A DNA stretch of 64,000 bases, from positions 25,883 to 89,882 of the forward strand of contig JAKPUX010000228.1 of NCBI GenBank assembly GCA_029554865.1. Direction: 5' to 3'. The notes beneath the pieces are model-generated. The model ran no database searches. It saw only the letters and a list, made by a program, of their open reading frames with translations, and was not told the origin of the DNA. This DNA comes from a bacterium (GTDB lineage Bacteria > Zhuqueibacterota > Zhuqueibacteria > Residuimicrobiales > Residuimicrobiaceae). Each line of letters starts with the position of its first letter. Position 1 is the stretch's first letter. Of the stretch, positions 51,968 through 60,556 are shown piece after piece. The translations under genes and the position numbers were made by a program.

Positions 51968-53188
51968 TCAGAGTGCCTGTTGGTAAATCCTGATGATATC
52001 CTCTTTCTGCGCCGTGCGCGGGTTGGTGCGCAGGCAGCTGTCCTGCAGCGCCTGGTCGGCGAGCTGGGGCAGATCTTTGTCCGTGACCCCGAATCCGGCC
52101 AGACCCGAGGGCATGCCGAGATCCTCGATGAGGTGGATGACGGCGGTGACAGCACGCTCGGCGGCCTCCCGCCGGTTCAGGTTTTCGACCCTCTCTCCGA
52201 GGGCGGTGGCGATATCGCCGAACTCTTCGGCCCGCACCAGCAGGTTGAAGCGCATCACATGCGGCAGGATCAGGGCGTTGGCCGTGCCGTGCGGGATCTT
52301 GAAGCGGCCGCCCGCCTGATGAGACATGGCGTGGCAGAGGCCCAGGCCGGCGTTGGAAAAGGCCATGCCGGCCATGTAGCAGGCGACGGCCATCTTGTGG
52401 CGCGCCAGGGTGTTGGTGCCGTAGCCGACGGCGATGGGCAGATAGGTCGCAACCAGGCGGATGGCGCGGAAGGAGAGCGCGCGCGCCAGGGTGCAGGAAC
52501 TCTGGGCGACATAGGCTTCGATGGCGTGGGTCAGCACGTCGAGGCCGGTGGCGGCAGTCACCGCCGGCGGCAGGCCGATAGTCAGCAGGGGGTCGATGAT
52601 CGCCACGGCGGGGATCAGGGCTGGATGTTCAAAGACGACCTTGCGGCCGGAGGCGGGATCGCCGATGACGGCGAGGTCGGTGACCTCTGAAGCGGTGCCC
52701 GCTGTGGTCGGCATGGCGGCCAGAGGAAGAGGCTTTTGCGCCAGCTCGCTGTCGGGATCGATCTCGGCGAAGGGAAGGGGGTTGCGGGCGAGCAGGGCGA
52801 TCATCTTGGCGGCATCGATAGGAGAGCCGCCGCCAACCGCCAGAACCGCATCGCATCCTGCGCTCTTGACCATCGCCGTGCCCGCGTTCACCATCGCCCA
52901 GGTCGGTTCACCCGAGATCTGGGCGAAAATCTCCGCACTCAGCCCCTTGCGCTGCAGGGAACGCAGGACGACATCGAGGAGGCCGAGCTGAAGGATGGTC
53001 TGATCGGTGACGATCAGCACCCGGCTGGCCCCGATCCGTTTCATCTCCGCGCCGGTCCTGGCCGCGACCCCGTCACCCACAAGGGCCAACGGCGGCACGC
53101 GGAAGGTGAAATGGTTGGCGACGGAGATCTCGTCCACGGTCTGGGCGACGATCTCTTCGATGAAGCGCTGTTCGCTGCCTCTCTCCAA
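51968..53188 (-). CDS. eutG: iron-containing alcohol dehydrogenase EutG-like with N-terminal encapsulation-type extension
   Basis: 406 aa; Fe-ADH motifs (GGGSPIDAAK, metal-binding His cluster CHAMSHQ); about 25-aa N-terminal amphipathic extension RFIEEIVAQTVDEI before the ADH core. Confidence 0.85.
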   Translation of the reverse strand: MERGSEQRFIEEIVAQTVDEISVANHFTFRVPPLALVGDGVAARTGAEMKRIGASRVLIVTDQTILQLGLLDVVLRSLQRKGLSAEIFAQISGEPTWAMVNAGTAMVKSAGCDAVLAVGGGSPIDAAKMIALLARNPLPFAEIDPDSELAQKPLPLAAMPTTAGTASEVTDLAVIGDPASGRKVVFEHPALIPAVAIIDPLLTIGLPPAVTAATGLDVLTHAIEAYVAQSSCTLARALSFRAIRLVATYLPIAVGYGTNTLARHKMAVACYMAGMAFSNAGLGLCHAMSHQAGGRFKIPHGTANALILPHVMRFNLLVRAEEFGDIATALGERVENLNRREAAERAVTAVIHLIEDLGMPSGLAGFGVTDKDLPQLADQALQDSCLRTNPRTAQKEDIIRIYQQAL

Positions 53189-53190
53189 GG

Positions 53191-53856
53191 CTACTGTTTC
53201 CTGAGATTCTCAATGAACAATCGGATCGCTTCGCGCGCGGCGAGCTTGACCGGATCCCGCCCGACAGCCTCGTCAAAGGCCCCGCTGCGGGCGACGACGC
53301 CCTCGAAACGGCCGTGGGCCAGCGTGACGGCCCCGCTGCGGTCAAAGATGGCATAATCGAGCTTCGCCGCCATACCGCGCACAGGGGCATCGCTGCTCCG
53401 CATCGACACATCGTCGCTGGCCTCCTGGGTGATGGTCAGTGCCGCAGGGGCCACGATGAAATCGAACCCCTGGGGCGCCGAGGTCAGTCTGGCGGGATCG
53501 AGGGCGGCCGCGCGCCAGTAATCCTTTTCCTGCACCACGGAGAGCACCGGCGCCGCATCCGCTGCTGCGGCCTCCGCCCAATAGATGGTCTTCCAGGGGC
53601 CGGCTGTAAAGGCCTGATAGAGATCCTGCTGGATGAGAGCGCGGACCTGGTCGAGATCATCGGATTTGTCGAAGAGGGAGATGACGGAGGAGGAGCTTTC
53701 AATATCGATAAGAGTCAGGGGAAGCAGAAGGATGTTCTTGCCATGAAGGTCACGCTTGCTGAAAGAGGGATCGTCCACCTGCAGGGGTTTTACAAAGGAG
53801 TGGCAGCCGGCGATGATCAGCAGTAGCAGACAAAAGGGAGGCAATATTTTTTTCAA
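53191..53856 (-). CDS. lipoprotein of unknown function
   Basis: Start proposed at TTG with AGGAG 8 nt upstream (the ORF track ATG lies at 53895); lipobox LLIIAGC. Confidence 0.45.
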   Translation of the reverse strand: MKKILPPFCLLLLIIAGCHSFVKPLQVDDPSFSKRDLHGKNILLLPLTLIDIESSSSVISLFDKSDDLDQVRALIQQDLYQAFTAGPWKTIYWAEAAAADAAPVLSVVQEKDYWRAAALDPARLTSAPQGFDFIVAPAALTITQEASDDVSMRSSDAPVRGMAAKLDYAIFDRSGAVTLAHGRFEGVVARSGAFDEAVGRDPVKLAAREAIRLFIENLRKQ

Positions 53857-53878
53857 GGTGTTAACTCCTGGATTGGTT

Positions 53879-54292
53879 TCAGACCAGGTGCACATGACTG
53901 GAATGGTTCTTCTTTTTCAGGCCGCGGGTCACCGCCTGAATGAGCTGCTGGTCGTCGAAGGGTTTGTCGAGATACCCCGCGCAGCCGCGTTCGCGCAGCC
54001 CGGTGCGCAGCTCAGTATCGCCATAAGCCGAGATGGCGATCAACGCATAGTAGGATCTAAAGTGCTGCAGCTCCTCGAGCAGGGCCAGTCCACCGGAAAC
54101 CGGCATCTGCAGGTCGATGATGACAAGCTGGACGGGACAGCCCTGGCTCTCCGCGAGTTGGATCTTCTTCAGGGCCTCACCGAGATTCCGGGCCGAGCTG
54201 ACCAGAAAACGCGCGCTTTGCAGGATAAAATCGATGCTGTCTCGCGTGTATTCATCGTCATCAACGATGAGTATGTGCGGCGAATTATCCAT
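53879..54292 (-). CDS. stand-alone response-regulator receiver (CheY-like) protein
   Basis: Start at MDNSPHILIVDDDEYT (the ORF track begins at 54313); receiver acidic pocket and VIIDLQMP phospho-Asp region; no output domain. Confidence 0.75.
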   Translation of the reverse strand: MDNSPHILIVDDDEYTRDSIDFILQSARFLVSSARNLGEALKKIQLAESQGCPVQLVIIDLQMPVSGGLALLEELQHFRSYYALIAISAYGDTELRTGLRERGCAGYLDKPFDDQQLIQAVTRGLKKKNHSSHVHLV

Positions 54293-54317
54293 AGCGGGCC
54301 CTTGTTTGCACACTCTA

Positions 54318-54338
54318 CTTGCAATAAGCAGGCCAAAG
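54318..54338 (-). promoter_or_regulatory. candidate sigma-54 (-24/-12) promoter for the eut/BMC operon
   Basis: Minus-strand sequence cTTTGGCCTGCTTATTGCAag: GG-N10-GC spacing with TGGC at -24 and TTGCA at -12, about 35 nt upstream of the receiver ATG and downstream of a sigma-54 activator gene. Confidence 0.4.
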
Positions 54339-54415
54339 CGGCGCGGACATCTTTATTGATAATAAAAACAGTCAGATAGCGCAATCAATGACAGGCGGGA
54401 GGCGGGAAAAGGGGT

Positions 54416-54455
54416 GCCACAAAAATGCCTTGCCGAGGTGCATGCCGGGCAAGGC
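54416..54455 (-). terminator. putative rho-independent terminator after the sigma-54 activator gene
   Basis: Minus-strand hairpin GCCTTGCCG...CGGCAAGGC (9-bp stem) followed by ATTTTTGT. Confidence 0.45.
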
Positions 54456-54512
54456 TAATAAATACAGTCGATTGGATGAGGTGCATTGCCTGGGGTGGAA
54501 AAAATGTGGCAC

Positions 54513-55946
54513 CTATTTCTCGAGGCTATCCGGTTTCCGGTGCAGGCGGTTGTTGAGGGCGCGGCGAGTGATGCCAAGCATCATGGCGGCGATTTTCTGG
54601 TTGCCCCGGCTGCGGGCGAGGGCCTCCTGGATGAGCAGATCCCCGGCTTCTTTCATGGTCGGGAGCGAGTCGCCGAAGGCCATCCGTTTGGCGGTGGCGA
54701 TGGCGGCCGCGGGATCCGTCTCACCGTTTTTAGGCAGACCATTGTTGCCCACCTTCTCGCGGATGGCCTCAAGGGAGAGGATCCCCTTTTGATGGCGGCT
54801 GATGGTATCGAGGATCATCCCTTCCAGTTCGCGGATGTTGCCGGGGAAGAGGTAGTTGCTGAGCAGGATGAAGAGTTCGGGCGGCACAGCCGGCACCTTT
54901 TTCTGCAGGGTGGCGCAGGCCTTGCGGATAAAATGGTCGGTGAGCAGGTGGATATCGTCGCGGCGCTCGCGCAGGGGAGGAATATGGATGCGATGGGTTT
55001 GCAGGCGATAAAAGAGATCGCGGCGGAAAGCTCCGCTCTGCACCATCTCTTCGATGTCGCGGTTGGTGGCGACAATGAAGCGGGCATTGGAGAGGCGGGG
55101 GATATCCGAGCCGATCGGGTAATAGCGGCCTTCCTGGAGGATGCGCAGCAGTTTGACCTGGGATTCCTGGCTCAGTTCGCCGATTTCGTCGAGAAAGAGG
55201 GTGCCGTCGCCGGCCTGTTCGATGAGACCCTTGCGGTCGCTCTCCGCGCTGGTGAAGCTGCCCCGCTTGTGACCGAAGAGGGTGTCAGAGAAGAGGGTGT
55301 CATCGATGCCGGCGACATTGACAGCGATGAACTGCCCGCTGCGTCCGCTCGCCTTGTGGACCGACTGGGCGATGAGTTCCTTGCCGACCCCGGTCTCGCC
55401 GGTGATGAGCACCGGCAGGGGGGTGGTGGCGACCGCCTCGGCGTACTGGAATATGGAGCGCATGGAGGCGTTCTGGGTGACGGTGGAGGCGAAGGCCTCC
55501 GCATTCTTGAGGGTGTTGGAGAGGAGATACTCCTTGAGGCGTGAGTTTTCATCCTGCATCTGGCGCAGTTCGGCGGCGCGCCGGACGGTCGTCACCAGCC
55601 GGCTCTCGTCGACGGGCTTGACGAGGTAGTCAAAAGCCCCGCATTTCATGCATTCGACGGCGGAATTGACCTCATTGATGGCGGTGAGGATGATCACCGG
55701 TAGATGGGGGTACTCCTTGACGATCTCGGGGAGGAGCTTGGAGCCGGAGAGTCCGGGCATCGCCAGGTCGAGGAGGGCCATCTCGCAGGGGGTCTCCTGG
55801 AGCATTCCGAGCACGGCGCGGCTGTCGCCGCATTCGATGACGTTGTTGATGCCGTTGGAGCTGAGGGTCATCATCAGGCTGAGCCTGAACTGTTCTTCGT
55901 CATCCACAACCAGGACCGGCAGGGCGGGATAGGTGATTTTTTTCAT
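54513..55946 (-). CDS. sigma-54-dependent Fis-family response regulator (NtrC-like enhancer-binding protein)
   Basis: 477 aa; receiver domain, AAA+ sigma-54 interaction domain (GETGVGKE, GAFRRDLFYRL, ESELFGH-like FGHKRGSFT) and C-terminal Fis HTH. Confidence 0.9.
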   Translation of the reverse strand: MKKITYPALPVLVVDDEEQFRLSLMMTLSSNGINNVIECGDSRAVLGMLQETPCEMALLDLAMPGLSGSKLLPEIVKEYPHLPVIILTAINEVNSAVECMKCGAFDYLVKPVDESRLVTTVRRAAELRQMQDENSRLKEYLLSNTLKNAEAFASTVTQNASMRSIFQYAEAVATTPLPVLITGETGVGKELIAQSVHKASGRSGQFIAVNVAGIDDTLFSDTLFGHKRGSFTSAESDRKGLIEQAGDGTLFLDEIGELSQESQVKLLRILQEGRYYPIGSDIPRLSNARFIVATNRDIEEMVQSGAFRRDLFYRLQTHRIHIPPLRERRDDIHLLTDHFIRKACATLQKKVPAVPPELFILLSNYLFPGNIRELEGMILDTISRHQKGILSLEAIREKVGNNGLPKNGETDPAAAIATAKRMAFGDSLPTMKEAGDLLIQEALARSRGNQKIAAMMLGITRRALNNRLHRKPDSLEK

Positions 55947-57199
55947 CTCTCTTCGCTCGGTTTTGCATTTGGGCCGTTTTTCTTCTGTTTGCTGCCCATA
56001 AGCGAGGGTGCACTGGACTGTCCTCCCGGCGACTGGGCGATGTAAAGAATGGTGCTCTTGACCGAGGTGACGAAACGGTCAAAGGCGCGCGTCAGCTCCC
56101 CGATCTCGTCCGGCCGGGTGGAATTGAAAAGGGTGTTGATGTGGGCGTTCTTCATGCGCTCGGCCACCTCCTTGATCGGGGTGGTGATCTTGGTGGCGAC
56201 CAGAAAGACCAGGCCGGTCATGAGCAGCAGGGCGGCCAGCCCGATCAGGAGCATCGCCCGGGTGAGCGAGCGGACCCCCGCCAAGGCCTCCTGGCGCGGC
56301 ACGACAGCGATGAAGCTCCAGTTGCCGGTCTTCATCGGTGAAAAGAAGATCAGGATGGGGTGGTGGGTTTCAGGATCTTCGGTTTCGATGAAGCCGTCCT
56401 CCCCGCGCTGGATCTGCTCCGCCAGCTTGATGAACCCTTCGCCGCCGGCCTCGCGCCCGTATTCACTGAGGCTCTTGTGACCGACCAGACTGCGGTCCTT
56501 GTGGGCGATGATGGTGCCCTTGTTGCTGACCATGAAGGCGAAGCCGCTCTCGAAGAGCTTGATCCTGGTGATCATGTCCGAAAGGTATTCGAGCGAGACG
56601 TCGCCGGTGGCGACGCCGGTGAATTTGCCCTCCCGGAGGATGGGGGCGGAGAAGGTGGCCATGAGCACGCCGCGGTAGAGATAGGGTTCGGTAAGCAGGG
56701 AGGTGCCGGTGGCCTTGGGAATCTGGTACCAGTCATCAGTCTGATAGTTGACGAGGGGTTCGACGGCGATCTTGCCGGTGATGCGGTTCCAGTAGGGGAG
56801 GAAGCGGCCGTCGGCATCGCTGCCCGGGGTGCCGCGGTACTGACTGTCGCGGCCGTCGAAGGCGTTGGGTTCGAAGCCCAGGCTCAGGCCGACAAAGTTC
56901 TCATGACGGATGATGAACTGGCGCAGCATGGCGTTCACCTCCGCCCGGTCCCGGGAACGATAGTTTTCCATCACGGTCGCCACGGTTTCGACAAATTCGA
57001 GGCCGGCGCGCATCTGCACCTGCACCTCGGAGGCGTAGTGGCGTGTGGTCTCCTGGGTTTGCCTGATGATCGCTTCATTCTGCTGGGTGGTGCTCATGTT
57101 GATGATCGTCAGGGCGAAGAACATCAGGATGAAGAGCAGTCCCGGAATCAGATAGAAGAGGATCTCTGTGCGGATGGAGTTGCGCCATGTTGAAAACAT
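55943..57199 (-). CDS. membrane sensor protein with periplasmic Cache-like domain and cytoplasmic HAMP domain (no transmitter)
   Basis: 418 aa; two TM helices bracketing a roughly 280-aa periplasmic domain with dCache-like pattern, HAMP (IKEVAERMK...IGELTRAFDRFV) and no kinase or MCP domain; overlaps the regulator start (ATGA). Confidence 0.7.
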   Translation of the reverse strand: MFSTWRNSIRTEILFYLIPGLLFILMFFALTIINMSTTQQNEAIIRQTQETTRHYASEVQVQMRAGLEFVETVATVMENYRSRDRAEVNAMLRQFIIRHENFVGLSLGFEPNAFDGRDSQYRGTPGSDADGRFLPYWNRITGKIAVEPLVNYQTDDWYQIPKATGTSLLTEPYLYRGVLMATFSAPILREGKFTGVATGDVSLEYLSDMITRIKLFESGFAFMVSNKGTIIAHKDRSLVGHKSLSEYGREAGGEGFIKLAEQIQRGEDGFIETEDPETHHPILIFFSPMKTGNWSFIAVVPRQEALAGVRSLTRAMLLIGLAALLLMTGLVFLVATKITTPIKEVAERMKNAHINTLFNSTRPDEIGELTRAFDRFVTSVKSTILYIAQSPGGQSSAPSLMGSKQKKNGPNAKPSEER

Positions 57200-57231
57200 C
57201 TCAACCTCTTTGGTAGATTTGATCCCGACCC

Positions 57232-58683
57232 CTATGCACTCTCTTTTACTCCTTCTGCGGGCCGGGTGGTGACAGGCAGGCGGACCTCGACACTGGTGCC
57301 GCAGCCGGGAGTGGATGATATCTTGAGTTCGCCGCCGAAATTCTTGATCAGGTTGTAGGAGATGGATAGCCCCAGTCCGGTGCCGCCGTGTTCGCGCTTG
57401 GTCGTGTAAAAGGGATCCATGATATGCTGGAGGTTGTCCCCGGTGATGCCCTCGCCCTCGTCGGTGACCGAGAGAATAATGCTCTCGCTGCGGCTCTCCC
57501 AGCGGGTAACGACCCGGATCCCCTCCTGATTGCTGCGCAGGGCCTGGCAGGCGTTGGTGATCAGGTTGACGAGGACCTGTTCGAGATGGACGGCATTGCC
57601 GTGAAGTTTGGGCAGATCCGCGGCGCAGTCGAGTTCGAAGCGCTCGGTGCTGCGCTGGATGAGTCCGCGCAGGATCTCCACCGAGGTCTCCACCGCCAGG
57701 TTGACATCCACCTCACCGAAGACATGATCGCTGGTCTGGCGGGCAAAATCCTTGAGATGCTGGACGATGCGTTCGATGCGGATGGCTCCTTCGGTGATCC
57801 CCTTGTAGAGATTGCCGAGGCGGTCGCGGGCGGAGGAGTAGGGCATGCCGGCGATGGCAAAGTCGCCGTTGGCCTCGTAATACTCCTCCACGATCGGCTG
57901 GATGTCATTCCAAGCCTTGCTGAGGACGCGGGCGTTGAGGAGGACGTAGTTGTTGGGATTGTTGATCTCGTGGGCCATGCCCGAGACCAGCACGCCGAGC
58001 GAAGCCATCTTGTCCGCCTGGATGAGCTTCTGCTCCTGCAGATGGGCGAATTCCTCCATGCGTTTCAGCTCGGTGAGATCGCGGATGTTGGCGAGCAGCA
58101 GATCCTTTTCGCCGAGCTGGATGCGGCGGAGAAAGACCTCGACATCAAAAACGGAGCTGTCCGAGGGGCGCCTCGCCTGGTAGTGGAAGAGCTGCTCTTC
58201 ACCGCGCAGCACCTTGTCCCAGATTTCGGTCAGAGGCTCCGTGGTCTCGGCAATAGGGACGAAGAAATCCTGAACCCACCCCCCGATCATGTGCTGGCTG
58301 TCGGCCTGAAAGAGGTCGAGGGTGCTTTGATTGATGTCGATGATGGTGCCGGCGGCATTATGAATGATCACCGCATCATAGACGCCGTCGAAGATCATGC
58401 GCCGGGCGCGATCCGAGGAGGCGACCAGGCTCTCGGCCTCCTCCCGCCAGCTCAGAGCCATCTCGGTCTGGCGGCGCAGCTGGCGCTCCTTGGCGATGAC
58501 CGAGAGGCTGGCGAACACAGCGCAGAGGGTGATGAAAATGATGGTGGCGATATGGGACGGCCACATGCCCAGATCCGGCCACCACGTGGTCTTGATGAAT
58601 TCGAAGAGAATCATGACCCCTGCGGTGAGCATGGCGATGATCAGGATCTGGGCGGCCGGATTTTTATCATAATTGGCGGGCAT
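57232..58683 (-). CDS. PAS-domain sensor histidine kinase
   Basis: 483 aa; N-terminal TM helices, PAS-like region, HisKA H-box MAHEINNPNNY, HATPase_c N/G boxes (NLITNA..., GGTGLGLSIS). Confidence 0.85.
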   Translation of the reverse strand: MPANYDKNPAAQILIIAMLTAGVMILFEFIKTTWWPDLGMWPSHIATIIFITLCAVFASLSVIAKERQLRRQTEMALSWREEAESLVASSDRARRMIFDGVYDAVIIHNAAGTIIDINQSTLDLFQADSQHMIGGWVQDFFVPIAETTEPLTEIWDKVLRGEEQLFHYQARRPSDSSVFDVEVFLRRIQLGEKDLLLANIRDLTELKRMEEFAHLQEQKLIQADKMASLGVLVSGMAHEINNPNNYVLLNARVLSKAWNDIQPIVEEYYEANGDFAIAGMPYSSARDRLGNLYKGITEGAIRIERIVQHLKDFARQTSDHVFGEVDVNLAVETSVEILRGLIQRSTERFELDCAADLPKLHGNAVHLEQVLVNLITNACQALRSNQEGIRVVTRWESRSESIILSVTDEGEGITGDNLQHIMDPFYTTKREHGGTGLGLSISYNLIKNFGGELKISSTPGCGTSVEVRLPVTTRPAEGVKESA

Positions 58684-58716
58684 GGTCTGAGTATACTAAA
58701 AACTGTCCAACAAAGC

Positions 58717-58750
58717 AATAAAAAAAGCCCTGTCAAAGCGACAGGGCTTG
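58717..58750 (-). terminator. rho-independent terminator of ssrA
   Basis: Minus-strand AAGCCCTGTCgctttGACAGGGCTT followed by TTTTTTTATT, immediately 3' of the tmRNA CCA end. Confidence 0.75.
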
Positions 58751-59114
58751 TGGTGGAGACGGTGGGAGTCGAACCCACGTCCGAAAACCCGGCCATAGCA
58801 GCCACTACATGCTTGTTCCGCTGCTGAATCTCGATCGCTTCAGGCGCAACGGACCAGGCCGAAGCGATCCAGCCCTGTAAGGTTTCGCCTCCTGGCCCAG
58901 AGCATGCCGGAAGGCTAGCCCGCAGAGATCGACGTTCATCCGCAGCCCCTGCAGGCACAAACCGCGGTGAACGAGGCCGCCTTTAATTAGGCAGCCAGTG
59001 CATACGAATAATCGTCTGCATTTACTTGTTTTCCCGGATGATTAACGAGGAAACCGGGGTCCTCGGCATGCGTCCACTACCACCATGATTCCCGTCGAAG
59101 CCAGATTCGTCCCC
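58751..59114 (-). ncRNA. ssrA: tmRNA (SsrA)
   Basis: Minus-strand 5' end GGGGACGAATCTGGCTTCGACGGG and 3' end GGACGTGGGTTCGACTCCCACCGTCTCCACCA (tRNA-Ala-like acceptor/T-arm); internal tag ORF GCA GAC GAT TAT TCG TAT GCA CTG GCT GCC TAA = ADDYSYALAA. Confidence 0.85.
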
Positions 59115-59251
59115 ATGTAAAGCTGAAACGATTCCCTGGCGGGATTTGTTCCCCCTAATGTAGCAAATTTCCGGATGCCGGGCAAGAGCTTTGTTGACGC
59201 CAGGATCGGGCCGGCCGGCTGCCGCTGCCGGCATCCGCAGCCGGCCGGTGC

Positions 59252-60499
59252 TCACTCGTAGCGCAGGGCCTCGACCGGGTCGATGCGCGCCGCCTTGCGC
59301 GCCGGAAAGATCCCGGCGAACAGGCCGATGAGGGCGAGCAGAGAGACCGCAGCCGCCATCACCGCATTCGAAAGCAGCGGGCGGCCGAGGAACTCCATGG
59401 CCCCCTCACCGGCCGGGATCATCCAGACCATCTTGATGATCCCGACAGCGAGCAGGATGCCGGCGACCCCTCCGGCGCTGGACATCAGCAGGGACTCAAA
59501 GATGATCTGAAGCATGATGTGCCACCGCTTGGCGCCGACTGCCCGCTTGATGCCGATCTCGCGGGTGCGCTCTTTCACCACCACGTACATGATGTTGGCC
59601 ACACCAACCCCGGCGATGAGCAGGGTCATGCCGCCGACTACACCCAGAAAGATGTTGAGGCCGAGAAAGACCTTCTCCTGCTGGGCGACGAACTCGGCCG
59701 TGTCCCAGACAAAGAGGGCCTTGTCATCCGCGGGATCGAAGCGGTGTTTGCGGCCCAGCACCCTGAAGACCTCCTCCTTGATCCGCTTGCCCTCGAGGGG
59801 ATTGGCCGGCTGGAGAATGATGCTGTTGAGATAGCGCCAGCCGTAAATGCTGTGAAAGGTGGAGTAGGGGATGACCGCGCGGCGGTTGTCCGGCCCGTTG
59901 TTCATCGAGGTCTGCAGCTTTTTCGGCAGGACGCCGACGACGGTGAAGGGCAGGCCGTCCACCTCGCAGCTCTTGCCAATCGGGCTCTCATCCCCGAAAA
60001 GCTCTCCAGCGATCTCGCTGCCGAGAAAGAGGACGCGCCGTTTCTGCTGCAGGTCCATCTCGTCGAGAAAGCGGCCGCCTGCGGCCGGGTACATCCGGCG
60101 CATGAACTCGAAATTGGGATAGACCGCCTCCATATAGGTCAGGGCGGTGCGGCTGCCGTTGCGCAGGCGGGTGCCGTGTTTGCCCTGCTGGGGGCAAACC
60201 TGCGCGACCATGGGGATGCTCTGCTGGAGCAGCTCCGCGTCGGCCTCGGTAAAGCGGATGCGACGACCGATCGGCAGCCCCTGGTATTTGACGCTGGTCT
60301 GGTTGGGCCAGATGGTGACAATGCGGTCAGCCGCATTGAGCAGCCCCTCACGCATGCGAAAGGCGAGGCCGGCGCCGAAGGCCATCAGCAGGATCACCAC
60401 CATGGTGCCCCAGGTGATGGCGAAGGTGGTGAGGAAAGCGCGCAGCTTTTGCTTTTTGATGTCCTCGATGAATTCTCTGAACAGCATCCAGATATGCAT
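59252..60499 (-). CDS. ABC transporter permease, FtsX/MacB family
   Basis: Start probably at MHIWMLFREF (the ORF track begins at 60535); FtsX C-terminal bundle ...PARKAARIDPVEALRYE. Confidence 0.8.
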   Translation of the reverse strand: MHIWMLFREFIEDIKKQKLRAFLTTFAITWGTMVVILLMAFGAGLAFRMREGLLNAADRIVTIWPNQTSVKYQGLPIGRRIRFTEADAELLQQSIPMVAQVCPQQGKHGTRLRNGSRTALTYMEAVYPNFEFMRRMYPAAGGRFLDEMDLQQKRRVLFLGSEIAGELFGDESPIGKSCEVDGLPFTVVGVLPKKLQTSMNNGPDNRRAVIPYSTFHSIYGWRYLNSIILQPANPLEGKRIKEEVFRVLGRKHRFDPADDKALFVWDTAEFVAQQEKVFLGLNIFLGVVGGMTLLIAGVGVANIMYVVVKERTREIGIKRAVGAKRWHIMLQIIFESLLMSSAGGVAGILLAVGIIKMVWMIPAGEGAMEFLGRPLLSNAVMAAAVSLLALIGLFAGIFPARKAARIDPVEALRYE

Positions 60500-60556
60500 A
60501 GCGACGACCTTGTGCTGGGTTAAGGAGCTCTCCAATGCCGGGTTGGTGCAGGCCCG

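Noticed and set aside
54400-54425. TGGCAC-N5-TTCC motif on the minus strand just after the terminator hairpin
   Set aside because: It has the -24 TGGCAC element, but the conserved -12 GC is replaced by CC. The downstream TTTGGCCTGCTTATTGCA element has correct GG-N10-GC spacing and a perfect TTGCA, so it was preferred.
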